Positions 59,058 to 64,000 of a stretch of 64,000 nt of DNA are shown in pieces (within the stretch, counting starts at the first letter, position 1; each line of letters begins with the position of its first letter). The notes beneath the pieces are model-generated. The model made no database searches. It saw nothing but the letters and a program-made list of their open reading frames with translations, and had not been told where the DNA came from. Source of the DNA: Candidatus Omnitrophota bacterium (GTDB taxonomy: Bacteria > Omnitrophota > Gorgyraeia > 2-01-FULL-45-10); the NCBI GenBank assembly GCA_043798375.1, contig JAZDOS010000029.1, positions 62,955-126,954 on the forward strand, read 5' to 3'. Made by a program: the position numbers and the translations under genes.

Positions 59058-60932
59058 TTAACTCTCGCGAAGCTGTTTTTCGGCGTCGATGACATCGCGG
59101 TTTATCAGCCGGATCGCCTTTTTTATCCTCTGGTCGAGGACGGCCGAGATCGGCGCGTCTTCTATTTCGCGCAAGATCTGTATCGCCATCCTGAAGTAGC
59201 GTATGACCTCGCCTTCATCGGTATCGGTAAGTTCAAGGATCCGCGCGAACTTCATCCCATGCATCCATCCTTCCAGCGCCTTGGCGAGATTGAAATGGGG
59301 AATCTTACTGAAAGGGCGTATCACGTGCCTTGTTTCCTTATGGCGTATTCTTTCGCTGAATGTTTCGCAGATCGACTTAAGGTATTGGCTTGACCTTGAA
59401 AGGGACGGCAGGCGCTGATTTTTGCGGGGCTCAAAGACCGCGGCTGCGGCGATAACGCCCATGCTAATCTCGTCGAGATCCTCAAAAATCCCTCCGTCAT
59501 ACAGCTCGGCAAGCAATAGTTCGTATCCGTAGACGGCCTTGGCGAACTCGCCCTTAGCGGTAAGCCTGCCTTCAGCGATATGCCCCATCTCCTTCAATAA
59601 CGCCAGCTTCGACTCCATCAGCTTCAGGGCCTCCTTCTGCTGGTGCGGCCTCGTCTGGAAATAATGCATCGAGAGGGGATAGATATTGAAGAGTTCTTCC
59701 CTGTATTTCTGGTATAGATTGAGCATGGTAGCGTAAGAGGCGTTAAATTGGCTGGAGACGTTCTCGGGCTTCCCGTAGATTATACGTCTTACCTCTTCAA
59801 GGCGTATCCTTCTTGGATTAATCCTGCTGTAGACGAAACCCTCCTTATCGATACCGCGCCTGCCGGCGCGGCCGGCCATCTGATAGAAGTCGCGCGTTTT
59901 GAGCGTCCTTATGTAACTGCCGTAAAACTTCTTCAACTCATCGAATACGACAGAACGGCTCGGCATGTTAATACCAAGCGCGAAGGTCTCCGTAGTGAAT
60001 ATGACTTTCAAAAGACGGCTCGTGAAGAGCCTTTCAACCGCCTCCTTCAGCGTAGGAAGCATCCCGGCGTGATGAAAGGCGATGCCGCGCTCTATCAAAG
60101 ACCGCATCGCTATAGCGCTCTTCTCGTGCATGAGGTCAAATCGCCGGCAAAGGTTTTCATATAATGAAAGGATTTTGGAACGTTCCGCGGAATCCAGAAA
60201 ATCGTGGTTATACAGCTCCGCCGCCAGATATTCCGCCCGTTTTCTGCCGAAGACAAAATATATGCACGGAAGGCCGTCCTTATATTCGATATACTTTATG
60301 AGTGAATTCGTCCTGTTAGGCTTATGCCCGTGGAATTTACGCAATTTATTGATATCGTCGACGACCTGGTTATTCTCCTGATAGAAGAAGTGGAGGGGAA
60401 CGGGCCTCTCGTTTTCGATTACGACCTTGACCGTCTTCTTATGTATCGATTCGATCCATTTGGCGAACTCGCCGATATTCGGTATCGTCGCGGAGAGGCA
60501 AAGGATATTCATGTGGGCCGGCAGGAATATGAGCGACTCTTCCCACACGGTGCCGCGCTCGGGGTTGTCTATATAATGGACTTCGTCGAATATTATCCAG
60601 GAATATTTCTTCAGGCTTTCCGGCTCGTCGAGGACCTTGTTGCGGAATATCTCGGTAGTCATTATAAGAATGGGGGCGTCGGCATTAAGCGAGACATCGC
60701 CGGTCAGTATCCCGATCGAATCTTTGTAATCGACCGTGAAATCGCGGAACTTCTGGTTCGAGAGCGCCTTGATAGGCGCGGTATAGATGACGCAGGTCTT
60801 ATCCCGAAGGGCGGTCTCGATGACGTGCTCGGCTATGGCGGTCTTGCCCGCGCCCGTAGGGGCAGAGACGATGACCGAGTGGCCGTTATTGATATGCCCG
60901 ATCGCCTCCTCTTGAAACCTGTCGTATACCAT
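59058..60932 (-). CDS. DEAD/DEAH-box Ski2-like helicase
   Basis: SAPTGAGKT Walker A, DEVHY (motif II), SAT, QMAGRAGRRG (motif VI). Confidence 0.8.
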   Translation of the reverse strand: MVYDRFQEEAIGHINNGHSVIVSAPTGAGKTAIAEHVIETALRDKTCVIYTAPIKALSNQKFRDFTVDYKDSIGILTGDVSLNADAPILIMTTEIFRNKVLDEPESLKKYSWIIFDEVHYIDNPERGTVWEESLIFLPAHMNILCLSATIPNIGEFAKWIESIHKKTVKVVIENERPVPLHFFYQENNQVVDDINKLRKFHGHKPNRTNSLIKYIEYKDGLPCIYFVFGRKRAEYLAAELYNHDFLDSAERSKILSLYENLCRRFDLMHEKSAIAMRSLIERGIAFHHAGMLPTLKEAVERLFTSRLLKVIFTTETFALGINMPSRSVVFDELKKFYGSYIRTLKTRDFYQMAGRAGRRGIDKEGFVYSRINPRRIRLEEVRRIIYGKPENVSSQFNASYATMLNLYQKYREELFNIYPLSMHYFQTRPHQQKEALKLMESKLALLKEMGHIAEGRLTAKGEFAKAVYGYELLLAELYDGGIFEDLDEISMGVIAAAAVFEPRKNQRLPSLSRSSQYLKSICETFSERIRHKETRHVIRPFSKIPHFNLAKALEGWMHGMKFARILELTDTDEGEVIRYFRMAIQILREIEDAPISAVLDQRIKKAIRLINRDVIDAEKQLRES

Positions 60933-61147
60933 AGAGTTATTATAGCGTATTATCAGGATTAATTAAATAGCAAATAAAAGGGTCACACCCATTTATTTTC
61001 GCGCTATAAGCTAACTAATTTTTTCGTCTCTCATCGAAGGCGGAACTTTTGTGGTCGCCTTATACATGGCGTTAGCTGGGCGGCTACGGAAGAATACGGC
61101 GGCATGTGAAGCTCCACCGCCTCTCGGCGTTGTGCTTCGCGGGATCG

Positions 61148-61345
61148 CGAAATTTTTCGATCTACTGTAATGTGATGTGGCGACGTGGTGAGCAGGGCCT
61201 GTAAATTTTTGTGGATTGGTCCGCTATAGTTAAATAGCGGCGGCACAAAAATTTACCTGGAGCGAGGCCGCCGCTGGAGCGGCCGAGCGTCCCTGCGAAC
61301 CACTCGACACAGCACATTTGACCGGTGGATCGAAAAATTTCGCTA
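61148..61345. repeat. Inverted copy of the 372-450 element, carrying an internal hairpin insertion
   Basis: The reverse complement of 372-450 (AAATTTTTCGATACAGCAGTAAAATGTGCTGTGTCGAGTGGTTCGCCACATCACATTC) matches CGAAATTTTTCGAT..AATGTGATGTGGCGA-[~115-nt insert with 13-bp stem GTAAATTTTTGTG/CACAAAAATTTAC]-GAACCACTCGACACAGCACAT..CGAAAAATTTCG. Confidence 0.6.
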
Positions 61346-61413
61346 TTCCAATTAAAATGTAGTATACTATTTTCCATGAGCTGCCAGCAGGCGCTTAAGA
61401 AAGAAGGTGCAGG

Positions 61414-62517
61414 GTGAAGAAAAGGATAAGAATAGGCATTCTCACAGCCGGCGGAGACTGCCCCGGAATAAACGCCGTGATCAGGGCGGTGGCGAAGAAA
61501 GCCATTCATGAGATGGATGCCGAGATAATAGGCTTCGAGGACGGCTACGAAGGTTTAGTAAATGACCGACATAGAAAACTTGAGTATAATGATCTTTCAG
61601 GCATCCTCACTGTCGGCGGCACGATACTTGGCACATCGAAGAAAGCGAACCCTTACCGCTACGCCTTTAAAAAAGACGGTAAGCTCGAATTCAAAGACAT
61701 GTCAAAACAAGCGATAAGAAATTACGGGGACCTGGACCTGTCGTGCCTTGTCTGTATCGGCGGCGACGGAACACTCTATGTGGCATCCAAATTATTCAAA
61801 GACGGGATCCCTGTCATCGGCGTGCCTAAGACGATCGACAACGACATAATGGGCACCGACATAACTTTCGGGTTCGATTCCGCCGTGTGGGTAGCGACGG
61901 AGGGGATAGACAGGCTGCACTCCACCGCACAGTCCCACCACAGGGCGATGATCATCGAGGTGATGGGTCATCGCGCCGGATGGCTCGCGCTTTATTCCGG
62001 CATCGCCGGCGGCGGCGACGTCATCCTGATACCTGAGATTCCATACGAGATCGACTTCATTATCAAGAAGGTCCTGGAAAGAAGCAGGAAAGGAAAGAGG
62101 TTTAGTATAATAGTCGTCGCGGAAGGGGCAAAGCCCAAGGGCGGCGGCGTCGTCATCCAGCGCATTGTAAAAGAGAGCTCTGACCCGATCCGCCTGGGCG
62201 GTATCGGATTCATCCTGGGCGATCAGATAGAGAAGGCGACAGGTATCGAAACACGCACGGTCGTGATGGGCCATCTGCAGAGGGGTGGTTCACCCACACC
62301 GTTCGACAGGGTGCTAGCCACCCGGCTCGGAACCAAGGCGGTGGACATGATCAGGGAGAGGGGGTTTGGCTGTATGGCCGGGGTCAGAAAAAACGAAATC
62401 GTTAAGGTCCCACTGAAAGATGTCGCAAAAGGCTATAGAACGGTTCCGCTCGACCATCCCTTGATAAAATCGGCTCTGTCTTTATCAACATCGTTCGGAA
62501 CAAAAAAATTTGCCTGA
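61414..62517 (+). CDS. pfkA: 6-phosphofructokinase (ATP/PPi specificity unresolved)
   Basis: IGILTAGGDCPGINAVIRAV, GGDGT and PKTIDNDI motifs. GTG start. Confidence 0.85.
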   Translation: MKKRIRIGILTAGGDCPGINAVIRAVAKKAIHEMDAEIIGFEDGYEGLVNDRHRKLEYNDLSGILTVGGTILGTSKKANPYRYAFKKDGKLEFKDMSKQAIRNYGDLDLSCLVCIGGDGTLYVASKLFKDGIPVIGVPKTIDNDIMGTDITFGFDSAVWVATEGIDRLHSTAQSHHRAMIIEVMGHRAGWLALYSGIAGGGDVILIPEIPYEIDFIIKKVLERSRKGKRFSIIVVAEGAKPKGGGVVIQRIVKESSDPIRLGGIGFILGDQIEKATGIETRTVVMGHLQRGGSPTPFDRVLATRLGTKAVDMIRERGFGCMAGVRKNEIVKVPLKDVAKGYRTVPLDHPLIKSALSLSTSFGTKKFA

Positions 62518-62572
62518 TCTTTATCTTTTTATGGTAAAATTAACGAATAAAAGCCTGTGAGAGGGGCAGCCG

Positions 62573-63055
62573 ATGCAAAATGTATTTAATGCCGCCGAAG
62601 TCATTGATATGGGCATTGAGAAAGAGAAGAAGAGGCGCGATTTTTACGCGCTTGCGGCCGCCGCATTCAAGGATAAAGAAGTGAGGGATCTATTCACAAA
62701 GCTCCGCGATTGGGAAGAGCTCCACATAAAGAAATTCATGGAGATCCGCAATGCCATCGAAGAATCTGAAGTTTCCGAAACATACGAGGGTGAATTCGCA
62801 TCATACGTAAAAGCGACGGTAGACGATATTCTGTATAAGCAGGTATCGGCGGAATGGTTCGCGAAATTTGTAAAATCGGAACTCGCGGCGATACAATACG
62901 GCATAGGTTTCGAGAAGGACGCAATCTTGTTTTTTAATGAGCTGTTGAAATACATGAACCCGTACCACAAGGAAAAAGTCCAGGCGCTTATCGATGAGGA
63001 GAAGAAGCACCTGATTTACCTAAGTGAGTTAAGACAAAGATGTGAAGGGAGGTGA
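62573..63055 (+). CDS. Ferritin-like/rubrerythrin-family di-iron protein
   Basis: Two E..H-type helical motifs: EKKRRDFYALAA..LRDWEELHIKKF and ..EEKKHLIYLSEL. Confidence 0.6.
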   Translation: MQNVFNAAEVIDMGIEKEKKRRDFYALAAAAFKDKEVRDLFTKLRDWEELHIKKFMEIRNAIEESEVSETYEGEFASYVKATVDDILYKQVSAEWFAKFVKSELAAIQYGIGFEKDAILFFNELLKYMNPYHKEKVQALIDEEKKHLIYLSELRQRCEGR

Positions 63056-63252
63056 GGAGAATGGCGAAATTTAATTTTGACAGGCCAATGTCTCAAGGAA
63101 GCGGCTCAAAGGCTTCCGTTAGCTCTAGCCAGATCACGGATATGATCAGAAAAAAGGCTTACGAACTCTACGAGAAGAGAGGCAGGAAGCCCGGCCGCAC
63201 GATGGAAGACTGGTTAGAGGCGGAACGTATAATAAAAAAAAGGGCTCTTTAA
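63052..63252 (+). CDS. DUF2934 family small protein
   Basis: IRKKAYELYEKRGRKPGRTMEDWLEAERII matches the DUF2934 signature. Confidence 0.6.
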   Translation: MRRMAKFNFDRPMSQGSGSKASVSSSQITDMIRKKAYELYEKRGRKPGRTMEDWLEAERIIKKRAL

Positions 63253-63308
63253 CGCTTCTTAATAAACCTGGACTCTAGTTAACCCGAATAACCGACGGAG
63301 TCCAGGTT

Positions 63309-63557
63309 TTGTTGTTGAAACCGGAAAATAGTAAAGTGAAGATATCTGTAAAGGTAAAACCTAATTCAAAAAAACCCGGCGTCGAGATCGCCGCAAACAA
63401 CGAATACATCCTGCGAGTCAGGGAAAAGGCCCTCGACGGCAGGGCGAATGCCGCCGCAATCAAATTACTTAGCGAATATTCAGGGGTACCGAAAGCCGGG
63501 ATATCTATCATTAAAGGCCATACCTGCAGAAATAAAATCATACGGATTGACAAATAA
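63309..63557 (+). CDS. yggU: DUF167 (YggU) family protein
   Basis: KVKPNSKKPGV..LRVREKALDGRANAAAIKLLSEYSGVPKAGISIIKGHTCRNKII. The start is uncertain (TTG 63309 or GTG 63336). Confidence 0.7.
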   Translation: MLLKPENSKVKISVKVKPNSKKPGVEIAANNEYILRVREKALDGRANAAAIKLLSEYSGVPKAGISIIKGHTCRNKIIRIDK

Positions 63558-63614
63558 CTAATCTGTGGTATACTAGATACAGATAAGCGCAGAGTAGCGC
63601 GCAGGGGATAAAGA

Positions 63615-63651
63615 TGTCCCTTTTGGCGAAGTAAGGCCAAAAGGGATTTTT
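63615..63651 (+). terminator. Rho-independent terminator
   Basis: TCCCTTTTGGC-GAAGTAAG-GCCAAAAGGGA followed by TTTTTTATT. Confidence 0.7.
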
Positions 63652-63720
63652 TATTGGGACAAGGGCGTTCTATGCCGAAAAACTAACGGCAGATGAACGC
63701 TCTTTTTATTAAACCGATAC

Positions 63721-63772
63721 GACCTACGCGGTGGGACCTACGCGGTCCCACCGCGTAGGTCAACCAAGGTAA
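63721..63772. repeat. 17-bp-stem perfect palindrome
   Basis: GACCTACGCGGTGGGAC-CTACGC-GGTCCCACCGCGTAGGTC. Confidence 0.6.
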
Positions 63773-63784
63773 TGGTGATGAATT

Positions 63785-64000
63785 ATGGATTTCAGGATAT
63801 TGCTCGAAAAGATAACGCCGGCGCTAAAGTTTATCGCGCGAAAACACCTCCTTACATGTTTTTACGATGAAGGAGACCTTTATCAGGAAATGTGCCTGTA
63901 CTTATGGCGGAATTACGGACACGGGCTTCCGATAGGCATCAATGAGTCTTATGTAATCAAAGGCTGCGAATTCCATATACAGAATTTCCTGAGGAAAGGA
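63785..64000 (+). CDS. Hypothetical protein, 5' fragment (runs off the window); possibly sigma-70 region-2-like
   Basis: Open frame from ATG 63785 to the window edge (MDFRILLEKITPALKFIARKHLL..YQEMCLYLWRNY). Assignment weak. Confidence 0.3.
   Translation, partial: MDFRILLEKITPALKFIARKHLLTCFYDEGDLYQEMCLYLWRNYGHGLPIGINESYVIKGCEFHIQNFLRKG

Noticed and set aside
61414-62517. Attempt to assign the PFK as PPi-dependent
   Set aside because: The signature residues are mixed: GGDGT (ATP-like Gly) but PKTIDND (PPi-like Lys). Specificity cannot be decided from sequence alone.

Overview
The window is a 64 kb chromosomal segment, about 50% GC, from what looks like an uncultivated anaerobic bacterium; the phylum cannot be assigned from sequence alone. 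Coding is dense and almost entirely on the + strand. From 5' to 3' it contains:
- the 3' end of thiC;
- a small AT-rich island;
- a mazEF-type toxin-antitoxin pair sitting between a truncated and an intact yjbQ-family gene;
- a PfkB-family kinase, tRNA-Gly(CCC) and an M23 peptidase;
- a cluster of a DUF234 AAA ATPase, a metallophosphoesterase, a divergent thymidylate-synthase-family protein, a HIT protein and a dGTPase-like HD hydrolase;
- a GAF/HD-GYP phosphodiesterase and a 1028-aa UvrD-helicase/Cas4-like nuclease fusion;
- aroB, a GNAT acetyltransferase, a YbgC-family thioesterase, and an ExeA/GspA-like ATPase with a partner on the minus strand;
- an unusual array of six canonical PilZ (c-di-GMP receptor) proteins (20.6-31.6 kb) interspersed with envelope and secreted proteins, one of them a STAS-PilZ fusion co-operonic with a pentapeptide-repeat K+ channel;
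- panD, def, cspA and a YqeY (GatB/YqeY-domain) protein;
- a GAF-ANTAR regulator, nadE, an APC permease, and an energy-conservation block: H+/Na+-pyrophosphatase, then an Mrp-antiporter-linked group-4 [NiFe] hydrogenase (Mbh-like, with HycI protease), then a complete F1Fo ATP synthase operon;
- a HAD hydrolase, a YgiQ radical SAM protein, a Ski2-like helicase on the minus strand, a phosphofructokinase, and ferritin-like, DUF2934 and DUF167 proteins.
Three families of dispersed structured repeats occupy intergenic DNA. First, CCCCGTTAGAA palindromic units at gene 3' ends. Second, a nested inverted-repeat element of about 200-280 bp in two copies. Third, an inverted pair at the two ends of the window. 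There are also several consensus sigma70-type promoters. No CRISPR array, rRNA or transposase gene is visible.
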